DNA of 64,000 nucleotides from assembly GCA_046704725.1 (NCBI GenBank), contig JBJKRI010000007.1:24291-88290 (forward strand), read 5' to 3'. The DNA comes from Candidatus Woesearchaeota archaeon. GTDB taxonomy: Archaea > Nanobdellota > Nanobdellia > Woesearchaeales > SKIA01. Below, piece after piece: positions 36,935 to 45,975 of the stretch (positions within the stretch are counted from its first letter, which is position 1; every line of letters begins with the position of its first letter). The notes below the pieces were generated by a model. The model made no database searches, was not told the DNA's origin, and worked only from the letters and a program-made list of their open reading frames with translations. A program made the translations under genes and the position numbers.

Positions 36935-37587
36935 GGTGCGCCCCCGATCATCGGCAGTGCGCGATAGTAGGTGAGAAAACGACGGTGGCTCTCTGGCGAG
37001 TAGAGCTTTTCTGGGGCTATCCACTCCATAGAGCCATAATAGGCTTGTCGGTCGTCGACCTTCTTGAGAGGTGCTTCATGCCGCATGCTTAAGAACGCGC
37101 TGAGCGCGCGTCCGGTCCGTCCCGTAGCGTCGGCGAACGGATGGATGGTCTCGAACGCGTGCTCGAGGATGCCGCATCTCGTGTGCACGTCGCTGTCGCT
37201 GTCGAGCACGCCGGCCAACCACTCGCTGAATCTTTGGAGCTCTGCCGGCAGCGTCCGCACAGGATATCCATATGTCCGTCCGTCAGGGATCTCGTGCGAC
37301 CGCAGTGCATCCTTGTCTTCGAGGATGGCCGCAGTGATCGTCTTCTGCACGGCATAGGTCAGTGCGAGAACAGCTCTTGGTGAAAAGCTGTCGTTCCGGC
37401 GCGCATACAACAAGTCTATGGTGGTTTGGAGGTTCTGTCCGGTAGCGGTCGCCAGCGCCGCCCCGTGAAGAGAGGAGCGTGGCTTCTTGCTGCTGACGCT
37501 CGTGTCGTAGGTTCCCGAGAGGGTCCTGCTCAGCGTCCGGGAGTTCTCCATGAACGCCTCGACGTAATAGCGCTCGCTCGCTTTCAT
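36931..37587 (-). CDS. Fic-domain protein
   Basis: HAFETIHPFADATGRTGRALS; downstream DRQAYY; ATGA overlap with the HD gene. Confidence 0.85.
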   Translation of the reverse strand: MKASERYYVEAFMENSRTLSRTLSGTYDTSVSSKKPRSSLHGAALATATGQNLQTTIDLLYARRNDSFSPRAVLALTYAVQKTITAAILEDKDALRSHEIPDGRTYGYPVRTLPAELQRFSEWLAGVLDSDSDVHTRCGILEHAFETIHPFADATGRTGRALSAFLSMRHEAPLKKVDDRQAYYGSMEWIAPEKLYSPESHRRFLTYYRALPMIGGAP

Positions 37588-38129
37588 GATTCGATGCGCT
37601 CCAGGAACTCCTTGGCCCGTCTGCGTTGGAACTGGAGTTCGGATTTCAGTCGTTCGCCGACCGACCCCCACTTCTCGAGACGCGTGTTGAGCATGGCTTT
37701 CGCCATGGGTTCCATGATCGGGATGACGACCGTGCGGAAATAGCCGGCCTTGCTTTCCGGATAGCGGAACACGAGGCTCGTGTAGTTGTCGATGAGGTCG
37801 GCGAGCTTGATTATCCGTGCTTTCTCGCTCGCGGCTTGCATCCGATGGACGTATGGGAGCACGTCGTCGTCGCCCATCGTGTTCGTGAGCTCCACGATGA
37901 TGTCTGTGGCTTCATCCCCTAATGATTCTCGGATCTCGCTCTCGCCTATATCAGTGTCTTCGAGCAGGTCGTGCCCCAGGGCGGCGCTGATCATCGCCTC
38001 GTCGTCGGTGAGCGAGCGGACGTGCATCCCCACGCGCAGCAGGTGATACCAGTACGCAGAACCGTCCGGGTAGCGCTGATTGCGGTGCGCTGTGCGTACG
38101 ACCTCGAAAGCATGCCAAAAATCCCCCAT
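37584..38129 (-). CDS. HD-domain hydrolase, SpoT/Mesh1 (small alarmone hydrolase)-like
   Basis: AHRNQRY.DG..Y..H...V, AALGHDLLEDT, IIVELT, IIKLADLIDN. Confidence 0.88.
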   Translation of the reverse strand: MGDFWHAFEVVRTAHRNQRYPDGSAYWYHLLRVGMHVRSLTDDEAMISAALGHDLLEDTDIGESEIRESLGDEATDIIVELTNTMGDDDVLPYVHRMQAASEKARIIKLADLIDNYTSLVFRYPESKAGYFRTVVIPIMEPMAKAMLNTRLEKWGSVGERLKSELQFQRRRAKEFLERIES

Positions 38130-38295
38130 GCCGCGTATCCGCTCAGCGCGGAATATATGCTTTGCTGTGCTGAACACGCCGATTGTGCGCTTCTCGCGAA
38201 CGAATTCCGTGGCGCAAGACTGACGATCGATCGGGAGAGAACGCCCGTTGGGACGAGAGAATCCCGAGGATGAGAGTCCAATAAAGAAGAGAAGC

Positions 38296-39156
38296 CTACT
38301 TGCTCGAGAGCCAGTCCACAGAGAACGCGTCTCCGTTGCCGTTGAGGGAGCCGAGATTGATGAGCGGGGTCCCGCCGTTGTTGACCATCACGATGCCGTC
38401 CGCGCCGGTGAAGGTCATGTTGTAGTTGGTCGTCATGTCCGAGAAACCGATGCTCCCGAAGTCAGCGAGGTTCGTGATGCTGCAATGATGCGGGGTGCAC
38501 AGCGAGGGCCGCTCGACGATCATCTCCGCGGAAGCCACATCAGGCGTGAAGTTGGGCTTCTGTACTGTCGTGAAGGATTCCCCTGAAGTCTCGTCGGTTA
38601 TCGTCAATGTCCAAGCGCCGTTCGCTCCTTCGCTCACCGCAGCCGTGACCGTGTCGCCGGGAGCGATCGTCATGTTGGTGATCGGCTGTTCAGCGTTCTG
38701 CGGGTAGAGCTCCCACCAGGAGTAGTATGTCGGCGTGCACGAGGACGATTTCGTCTTCCCCCCGCCGTTGCCTCCGTGATTGCTCTTACCGGGATTCGAT
38801 TGCGAGCTCGCGATCGCCGCGTTCATATCAAGTCCGTGGAACCGCATCTCGCCCGCGGTGGTGCCGCCGGAAAGGCAGTCCTGCTCCGTACCGATCTGGA
38901 TGACGCTGTTCCCGGAGAATCCGCCGATGCCCACCCATGCCGAGGAATAGCCGGACACCGAAGAGTTCAGTTTGGGAACAACCCATGTCCCGCTGGCGGA
39001 GCCGTACGTCCCCGTGGTCTTTGCGTAGCCTCCCCAGTTCAACGAGCCGTACGTCGTCCCTTGAACGCTAAAAGGGATGTTCGGTGCGGCAGACACCGAG
39101 AACGCCAGTGAAACGAGCAACACCAGAGCCGGAACGAAGACCATCAGTTTACGCAT
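38296..39156 (-). CDS. secreted glutamic peptidase, family G1 (eqolisin-like)
   Basis: SLNWGGY, SAWVGIGG, IQIGTEQD, WWELYP, SAEMIVERP, LADFG. Confidence 0.88.
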   Translation of the reverse strand: MRKLMVFVPALVLLVSLAFSVSAAPNIPFSVQGTTYGSLNWGGYAKTTGTYGSASGTWVVPKLNSSVSGYSSAWVGIGGFSGNSVIQIGTEQDCLSGGTTAGEMRFHGLDMNAAIASSQSNPGKSNHGGNGGGKTKSSSCTPTYYSWWELYPQNAEQPITNMTIAPGDTVTAAVSEGANGAWTLTITDETSGESFTTVQKPNFTPDVASAEMIVERPSLCTPHHCSITNLADFGSIGFSDMTTNYNMTFTGADGIVMVNNGGTPLINLGSLNGNGDAFSVDWLSSK

Positions 39157-39260
39157 CTGGTCGCGTAGGAGAACGATTGATATAAGCCTTTCTGCGGCTG
39201 AATGAGCAGAGAGATTCAAGAGCATTAATCTCTCGGATGAGGTCGAGAAACAGCCTGACA

Positions 39261-39974
39261 TCAGAAAAAGCCTCTACCGCGATTTGAACGCGGGACCTCC
39301 ACATTACCAATGTGGCGCTCTACCGGCTGAGCTATAGAGGCTTCTTTTAAGCGTCGGAGATGTCGAGGGTTTGAAAAACCTATCGTCTTCATCCATTTTT
39401 CGAGTTGCCTATGACCGTATATTTCAAGGCATGAAGCCTCCTTCCCCGGCCTATACCAACGGTATAACGAGAATTCGCTCAGAGCCGAAGCGAGTTGATC
39501 CACAAGTCCTTTGTTCTTCAGGCTATTGGATATGCGAGGATATGGGCGTTTGTATCTCTTCCGTCGATCGAAGAATGCACAACCGTCGGTGTCGAATATG
39601 CCTCGGACAACGAAGTTCAACATCGAAGAATGGACGATCCATTCAGGAATTCTCACTGTCTCCGTCTTCCTGCCTGGCAGAAAGCCGAACCAGCGTTCGA
39701 AAGAATCAACAATCTGCTGCGAGCGGAAGCGGACCTCGAAACTTGTATGATCCGGTCTTTTCGCCACCGTCGGATTCACATCGGGGAAGACCAATAACAT
39801 CGCGGGAATAATCACAGCACAATAGTAAGGTAATTCCTCATCAAGATTGCCAGAAAATCCCAGAAGGGGCCCCTGCCCGGCGGTGCTAAGAAAACCGTCC
39901 CCGATGTATGCGCCGATTGTCTCAAAGAACTTCGCAGGCCAGAGGGCTGCTTCCTTCGGACGCGCTGGATTCAT
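39261..39974 (-). CDS. free-standing two-motif LAGLIDADG endonuclease-like protein
   Basis: ETIGAYIGDG and VVRGIFDTDGC motifs, YPRI, IGFSNPRH; ORF continues through tRNA-Thr to TGA at 39261-39263. Confidence 0.85.
   Translation of the reverse strand: MNPARPKEAALWPAKFFETIGAYIGDGFLSTAGQGPLLGFSGNLDEELPYYCAVIIPAMLLVFPDVNPTVAKRPDHTSFEVRFRSQQIVDSFERWFGFLPGRKTETVRIPEWIVHSSMLNFVVRGIFDTDGCAFFDRRKRYKRPYPRISNSLKNKGLVDQLASALSEFSLYRWYRPGKEASCLEIYGHRQLEKWMKTIGFSNPRHLRRLKEASIAQPVERHIGNVEVPRSNRGRGFF
39269..39341 (-). tRNA. tRNA-Thr(GGT)
   Basis: GCCTCTA/TAGAGGC acceptor, CCACA-TTGGTAA-TGTGG, CCGCG-TTCAAAT-CGCGG. Confidence 0.95.
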
Positions 39975-40030
39975 GAATTTGTGATGGTAGCAATCCCCTA
40001 ATGCATTGCGTCTCCAGCTGTCCAGTGCGC

Positions 40031-40468
40031 TCAGTTCAGGTAGGCGCGCTCGGGCCGCTCCAGCGTCTCCACGCACGCTTCGGCGATGCGTCCGAGGCTC
40101 CGCAAGCGGGTCTCCACAGGCCTTCCGGCATAACCGGCGAGCTCTGTCAGCGTGTCGTCGGCGAGTTCCGCGGAAAGCCCCACGACCCGTCCGTCGTACA
40201 ACGAGCGGAGGATCGTGTGCAGCGCGATCGTCGCGCGCGGCCCGTACAGGATAGGCACTCTCCTCCCGTCCGCGAGCGCTGGCAATGCGTCGTCCGCGTC
40301 AACGCTCACCGCGGGCACGTTCTGGCGTCGCAATCGCTCGGCGACAAGGCTTGCGAGCCGTGCTCCACGCATCCCGGTGCTTCCCACGAGGATGGCGTAG
40401 GAGGGCACGTTCGTGCCCGTGAAGAGTCGTCTGGTCGGGGTCGTCGTGGGAAGCGTTCCGGTCTGCAT
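40031..40468 (-). CDS. hypothetical protein
   Basis: 145-aa ORF from ATG 40468, alpha/beta pattern. Confidence 0.45.
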   Translation of the reverse strand: MQTGTLPTTTPTRRLFTGTNVPSYAILVGSTGMRGARLASLVAERLRRQNVPAVSVDADDALPALADGRRVPILYGPRATIALHTILRSLYDGRVVGLSAELADDTLTELAGYAGRPVETRLRSLGRIAEACVETLERPERAYLN

Positions 40469-40523
40469 GGGACCGATGCGCTCACCATACTTTTCATGCG
40501 CTTTGCACCGCTCTCCGGATTCC

Positions 40524-40979
40524 TTACATGGTGTCCGGACGCATTTCCGTGACGACGGAGGATTCCTCCGATGGCTCGCGCACATACCAAGGCAATAGGA
40601 GGTCAGCATGGGCTCGGAAGTGCTCCTCGTAGTCGCGCAGGTCGATGCGCGACGGCACGGGAAGCCCGAAGCCGAAGGTGAGGTAGCCCACGATGCCGTG
40701 CCAACAGGTATCCGCCTCCCGGAAGCTGTGGGAGTGGTGGTTCTCCGTGAGCCGCTTCCCATAGGCGATGAAGAACGGGATGAGGATGGACCTTCCGCGG
40801 GAGTACTCCATGAACGGCTTGAGCGCACGCCGGTCCGCGTCGAGCTGCAGGTACGCGAGATCCTGCTCGAAACGCAGCTCCGCGTCCCCGTGGACACCGT
40901 CGTCGGCGAGGCGGTCCTCGTAGTCCAATCTCGACATGCCGCTCGTTCGAATCCACTTCTCCACGATCGCATCCAGCAC
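40524..40979 (-). CDS. hypothetical protein
   Basis: GTG start ~25 bp after TTTATAT; host-like codon use. Confidence 0.55.
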   Translation of the reverse strand: MLDAIVEKWIRTSGMSRLDYEDRLADDGVHGDAELRFEQDLAYLQLDADRRALKPFMEYSRGRSILIPFFIAYGKRLTENHHSHSFREADTCWHGIVGYLTFGFGLPVPSRIDLRDYEEHFRAHADLLLPWYVREPSEESSVVTEMRPDTM

Positions 40980-41015
40980 GAAAGAGCTCCGGGAAAGCAG
41001 CGATATAAACGTATC

Positions 41016-41099
41016 TGCGGGGGGAGGGGTTCGAACCCTCGAAGGCGCTTGGCCAGGGGATTTTAAGTCCCCCCTCTTTGACCGCTCGAGCACCCCCGC
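41016..41099 (-). tRNA. tRNA-Leu(TAA)
   Basis: GCGGGGG acceptor, GGGGA-CTTAAAA-TCCCC, variable arm, GAGGG-TTCGAAC-CCCTC, A discriminator. Confidence 0.95.
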
Positions 41100-41248
41100 G
41101 GCCATACGCGCGACGCAGTCACTAATAAAGATGTGCAGCAGTGTCAGCAGCTACATTTTTTTGTACCTTACTTTCGGTATTAGCGAAAATATATACGGAA
41201 TCCATATAAGCGAGATTTTAATCCCCCCATTGTATGGGGGTCTGCTGA

Positions 41249-44200
41249 ATGGACACAAAAAACACGTATATCGCAATTATAGGTCTTCTTCTCATCGCAA
41301 CGCTCGCCGTCGGCTCGGCCACGGCGACGACCTGGACCGTCGACGCCAGCGGCGGCAACACCTGTACGACGGCCACACCGTCGTGCACGACGATACAAGC
41401 GGCGGTCAACGCTGCCACGATCGGTGACACAATCAGCATCGCCGCAGGCGACTATCCTGAGAACATCGTTCTCAACAACTTCAATGGCTTGACGATCACG
41501 GGCGCAGGAAACACGACCATCGTGGACCCCGCGAGCGGAATCGGATTCGCCATCACCGACAGCGCGGACATCACCATCGAGAACCTCAAGATCCACACGA
41601 CCGGCGAGAACGCGCACGGCATCTGGGTCGCCGGCACCCCCGACAGCGGCACGGGAATGGACGGGCTCACCGTCCAAGACACCGCGATCATCGTCGATGG
41701 GTACTCCTCAGGCATCTATGCGGAGCAGACGAGCACCCCCCATACGAACTGGCTCATCGACTCGAACGCGATAACCATCAATGACGGCACTGGCGGCACA
41801 GGAGACGGCATGGACCTCTACGACGTCTCCGGATCGACGGTCAGCCACAACACCATCACGCTCAACAACCCGACGAGCAGCACCAACGTGCTCTGGACGG
41901 CGGAGCTCTCCGACATCTCGGGCCTCACGTTCACGGACAACGTCATCAGCGGCTCCAGCGGCAGCATGGTCGCGTTCCTCACCAACTTCGTGGACACGAC
42001 CGCAGACCACAACATCGACACGGTCACCGTGAGCGGCAACACCTTCAGTGACTGGGGAGCGCGCGCCCTCAAGTTCGCGCCGGCGAGCGGCGCAGGAAGC
42101 GTGAGCGGGATCACGGTCTCGGACAACACCTTCCAGATGACCACAGACACGCAGGTCATCGGCGGTTCAGACGCTGCAAGCGCGACAGGGAGCGGGAACA
42201 CGTTCAAGGTCACGGCTCCAGCGACAATCCAGGACGCGATCGACAGCGCCCACGCAGGCGACACCATCGACGTGGCGAGCGGGACGTACACGGAGAACGT
42301 GAACGTGAACAACGCGATCACGCTCGACGGTCCGAACGCGAACGTCGACCCGAACACGCAGACCCGGAGCGCGGAGGCGACGATTGACGGACAAATCACA
42401 GTCTCCAGCGACGGCGTCGCCATCAACGGCTTCACCATCACGAACCCAAGCGGGAAAGAAGGCGTATACGCCGCAGACCACAGCGATATCGCAATCACCG
42501 ACAACATCGTCAGCGACATCGGAACCGCAGACACATCCACATCCGGAACGAACTTCGGCATCGGAATCGTCTCGTCAACGGCAGCGGTGGACAACGTGAA
42601 AATCGCCGACAACAAGATAGACACCATCGCCGGAGGAACAGACAAGAGCGGCGACGCGATTGCCATTGGCTGGTCGAGCGGCACTCAGGACGTCACGAAC
42701 CTCGTGATTACCGGAAACGCGATCTCTAACGTGACCAGCGACGGAACGCACGATTACAGCAATGGCGGCCGTGGAGCTTATGGTATCATGATTAACCACG
42801 GCCTGTACGGCGGGCAAACCATCGGTGCGCAAATCACCGACAACACGATCAGCAACCTTGATGGATTGTGGGCGCACGCGATAGGTCTCGAAGGAGACAC
42901 GCCGAACGCGGTCGTCACAGGGAATATCATTTCGGCGCTCACAGACCAGAAGACCCCGAGCGACGCGGCCGGCATCCGGTTCGAGGACAACCCGAGCACG
43001 GACACCGTGACCGTCAAGCACAACGACATCGACACCACCACCGTCTCGCTCGGCATCAGCAACGACGCAAGCGGCACCGCGGACGCGGCGAACAACTACT
43101 GGGGGACCAGCACACCGGACAGCACCTCGTTCCTCGGAGACGTCACATACAGCCCGTGGTGCACGGACAGCGACTGCACGACATACGGGCCGGTCATGCT
43201 CACGCACGGAAGCGCAACGTCTGGCTATACGAGCCTGCACGGCGCGCTCACCGCGGCCTCGGCGAATGATCGCATCGACATCATGGCAGGCACCTATTCT
43301 GAGCCATGTCTGGTCGTGTCGAAGTCTGGTCTCACCATCGTAGGCGCGGGCGCCGCTTCCACAACGATTGACGGGTCTGCATGCACAAGCAGCTCGAGCG
43401 GAGACTTCTTCGAAGTCGATGCGGACGGCCTCACGCTAAAGGACCTAACTATCGACGGAAAGGTTCCGCAGTACACTGCCTGGCCGCCCGCAAAACCGTA
43501 CTATGGTCTATATCTCTCTGGAGCGCACCCCGCTAAATTGCAGGACCTCATTGTGAAGCGGTTCGGCAAGAGCGGCGTCAACATGAACGGCGCGCAGGGT
43601 GTGACCGTCGACAACGTCACGAGCAACGATAATGGCGGCGCAGGATTCTTCGTGCAGGACTCGCACGATATCTCCTTCAACGGCGTGACCACCGACAATA
43701 ACCAGTGGGGCGGCATCGGCATCGGCACCTGGGGCCGTTACCATACCCTCGGCACCGACGGCATCACGTTCACCGGGACCAACAGTTTCGGCGAGAACGC
43801 TGGATACCAGGGAGGCATCTACCTGGAGATGGGCAATTACAACGATAAGAGCAATCCCAAGCCCATCACATACAGCACCGACGGCTCCAGCGCAGACGTC
43901 CAGCTGGAGTCGGGGGACTTCCACTACATCCTGACCGGACCGCAGGATGACGGGAACGCCTCAGCAGGACAGGACGGTTACGAGCGGATCCGCTTCTACG
44001 ATACTGCCTTGCACGCGCTGGCAGCAGAGGCACATCCAGACGACGCCTTGCACATCATCGGTCCGGGGCACTTCCTCGCGCCGGACACGCGGAACGTGAC
44101 GAGCCTGGACGCGCACGCGGACTTCGGTACGTCTGGCCTCTCCGGGATGATCCACGCGGACAAGGAGTTCAACTTCGCCGTCACGGTCGGCAACGTCTCG

Positions 44201-45478
44201 GGCATCCCGGACCTCATCCGCTACAAGGCCGTGCTAACGTACGCGAACGGCACGCCCGTGGCCGACCAGGTCGTCTATTACCCGGATGCCGGCGACAATC
44301 CGGCGAACCGTTCGACGTGGGCGAACTTCATCACCGACGGTAACGGCGTCGCGTACTTCGGCCCCAGCACCGGTTTCCACGTGAGTTCTGTCCCGAACCT
44401 GACTTCGAGCGCGGGAGTCACCACGCCCTTCGCGGCCACGATGTCGTCGGGCACGTACGACCTCTCGGTCGGCATCGTCGTTGCTGGCACGGACTTCGAG
44501 CTGGCGAGCATGCCTGCCGTGCAGTTCACGGTCTTCGGCGCGCACCAGGTGCCGCCGGGCCACGCGTTGAACAGCACCAATGACGAGGTCGTCATCGCTC
44601 CGGGTATCAACAACACGGACATCAAGATACCTGATGGTGTTGATCACGCCCGCATGGACGTCCGCGCACTCTTGACGAACGGCTCTGCCACGTTGCCGAG
44701 CGCTCTGACCGTCCATGGCAACCATCACACTGACGTGACCGTGCAGCTCGCCAGCAATACGGTCATCACCGGTGCTCGTGGCTGGGACGGCACGATCAAC
44801 TTGCCGAGCGTCTCGACGAAGTACACGCTCCCATCCGTTCCGGGCAAACAGGAGGTTGGACGGCGGGAGATCGAGATCGGAGCTGGCGACACGCCCATCA
44901 ACCTGAGCCATGCCGCACGGTTGTCCTTCGGTAAGAGCGCGACATTCGTCGGTTGGTCCCAGAACGGGCAGTTCCACGAGATTACGACGACCTGCGTACA
45001 GGACTCGCAGTCTTGGGCGGACGCGAACCTGCCTGCGGGCGGTGATTGCCGTTACGTCTCGTCCTCCGGCGACCTGTTCGTGTGGACCAAGCACTTCACG
45101 ACCTTCGTGACGTACGACGAGCAGAACATCCCGTCGCCTGCGGGTGGCGGTGGCGGCGGTAGCGGCTCTGCGTTCACGCAGTCGGCACCGACGCAGCCGA
45201 GCACGAACGCCCAGCCAGCACCGGCACAACAGCCGACGCAACCCACACAACCATCGAAGCCGACGACCACCAAGACCACGGCGCAGCAGCCCACGCAGAA
45301 GGCGCCCAGTGCCCCGCAGAAGACGCAGAAGGCTCCTGCCCAGCAGAGCAGCGCTACGGGTCTTGTCGCGGCTCAGGGCTCCACGAGCGTCCCCGCATGG
45401 ATAGGCTACGCGGCCGCGATCCTGTTGGCACTCGGGCTCGTCATGGGCTTCGTGTCGTATAGGCGACGACGGCGCTAG
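41249..45478 (+). CDS. large surface protein with three parallel beta-helix modules and C-terminal membrane anchor
   Basis: Signal peptide; three TIQ.A(V/I)..A..GD.I....G.Y.E-type module starts; N/I/T-rich repeats; WTKHFT; P/Q/T linker; TM + RRRRR. Confidence 0.9.
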   Translation: MDTKNTYIAIIGLLLIATLAVGSATATTWTVDASGGNTCTTATPSCTTIQAAVNAATIGDTISIAAGDYPENIVLNNFNGLTITGAGNTTIVDPASGIGFAITDSADITIENLKIHTTGENAHGIWVAGTPDSGTGMDGLTVQDTAIIVDGYSSGIYAEQTSTPHTNWLIDSNAITINDGTGGTGDGMDLYDVSGSTVSHNTITLNNPTSSTNVLWTAELSDISGLTFTDNVISGSSGSMVAFLTNFVDTTADHNIDTVTVSGNTFSDWGARALKFAPASGAGSVSGITVSDNTFQMTTDTQVIGGSDAASATGSGNTFKVTAPATIQDAIDSAHAGDTIDVASGTYTENVNVNNAITLDGPNANVDPNTQTRSAEATIDGQITVSSDGVAINGFTITNPSGKEGVYAADHSDIAITDNIVSDIGTADTSTSGTNFGIGIVSSTAAVDNVKIADNKIDTIAGGTDKSGDAIAIGWSSGTQDVTNLVITGNAISNVTSDGTHDYSNGGRGAYGIMINHGLYGGQTIGAQITDNTISNLDGLWAHAIGLEGDTPNAVVTGNIISALTDQKTPSDAAGIRFEDNPSTDTVTVKHNDIDTTTVSLGISNDASGTADAANNYWGTSTPDSTSFLGDVTYSPWCTDSDCTTYGPVMLTHGSATSGYTSLHGALTAASANDRIDIMAGTYSEPCLVVSKSGLTIVGAGAASTTIDGSACTSSSSGDFFEVDADGLTLKDLTIDGKVPQYTAWPPAKPYYGLYLSGAHPAKLQDLIVKRFGKSGVNMNGAQGVTVDNVTSNDNGGAGFFVQDSHDISFNGVTTDNNQWGGIGIGTWGRYHTLGTDGITFTGTNSFGENAGYQGGIYLEMGNYNDKSNPKPITYSTDGSSADVQLESGDFHYILTGPQDDGNASAGQDGYERIRFYDTALHALAAEAHPDDALHIIGPGHFLAPDTRNVTSLDAHADFGTSGLSGMIHADKEFNFAVTVGNVSGIPDLIRYKAVLTYANGTPVADQVVYYPDAGDNPANRSTWANFITDGNGVAYFGPSTGFHVSSVPNLTSSAGVTTPFAATMSSGTYDLSVGIVVAGTDFELASMPAVQFTVFGAHQVPPGHALNSTNDEVVIAPGINNTDIKIPDGVDHARMDVRALLTNGSATLPSALTVHGNHHTDVTVQLASNTVITGARGWDGTINLPSVSTKYTLPSVPGKQEVGRREIEIGAGDTPINLSHAARLSFGKSATFVGWSQNGQFHEITTTCVQDSQSWADANLPAGGDCRYVSSSGDLFVWTKHFTTFVTYDEQNIPSPAGGGGGGSGSAFTQSAPTQPSTNAQPAPAQQPTQPTQPSKPTTTKTTAQQPTQKAPSAPQKTQKAPAQQSSATGLVAAQGSTSVPAWIGYAAAILLALGLVMGFVSYRRRRR

Positions 45479-45975
45479 TATGTGAACAGGTTCAGGTAGG
45501 CCTTCACTTCCTTTATGAGGGCCTCCAAATCGTCGTTCGCGATACGCTCGAATTTCTTTATCTGTCTATTGAATATGAACTTCTCGAGGACCGTGCGTAT
45601 GAAAAAGCGCGATCCCTTGCCCGCGAAGCGTCCTTCGAAGTCGGTGATGACGTACGCCTCGAACTCGAACGAGACATTCCCCTCGTTGAGCGAGAGGTGC
45701 TTGCCGTCGTGCTGTATCTCCACGTCGGTCAGGTGCGAGACGGTACATTTCGTGACGATGCGCGTGCGCACGTACGTGGACAGTTCACGTTCCACGTCGA
45801 CGTGGATGAAGATATCCTTCCCCTTCTCCTTGACCATCTCGTTGTGCTCTTTCTCCATGTATCCATAGCCTCGGTCCCCCATGAAGGTGCGCACGAGCCG
45901 CCAGAGCTTGGCGAAGTCGAAGTATCCCTCGTAGCTGAGGTGCTTTCCGAGCTTGACGGTGTAGTATTCAGACAT
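45475..45975 (-). CDS. conserved hypothetical protein (paralog B)
   Basis: LSYEGYFDFAKLW...GY...EK...IKEVKAYL. Confidence 0.8.
   Translation of the reverse strand: MSEYYTVKLGKHLSYEGYFDFAKLWRLVRTFMGDRGYGYMEKEHNEMVKEKGKDIFIHVDVERELSTYVRTRIVTKCTVSHLTDVEIQHDGKHLSLNEGNVSFEFEAYVITDFEGRFAGKGSRFFIRTVLEKFIFNRQIKKFERIANDDLEALIKEVKAYLNLFTY

Noticed and set aside
39184-39197. AAGCCTTTCTGCGG as a degenerate copy of the tRNA-Thr 3' end, 84 bp from it
   Set aside because: Only 6 bp match exactly, and the sequence is explained as the BRE/TATA (GAAAGGCTTATA, minus strand) of the G1 peptidase gene.
40031-41099. Island integrated at tRNA-Leu
   Set aside because: No copy of the tRNA-Leu 3' end found in the window, so the downstream hypothetical genes cannot be delimited as an element.
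45140-45350. Short repeats near the end of the large surface gene
   Set aside because: They encode a Gly/Pro/Gln/Thr linker and are not a DNA-level repeat element.
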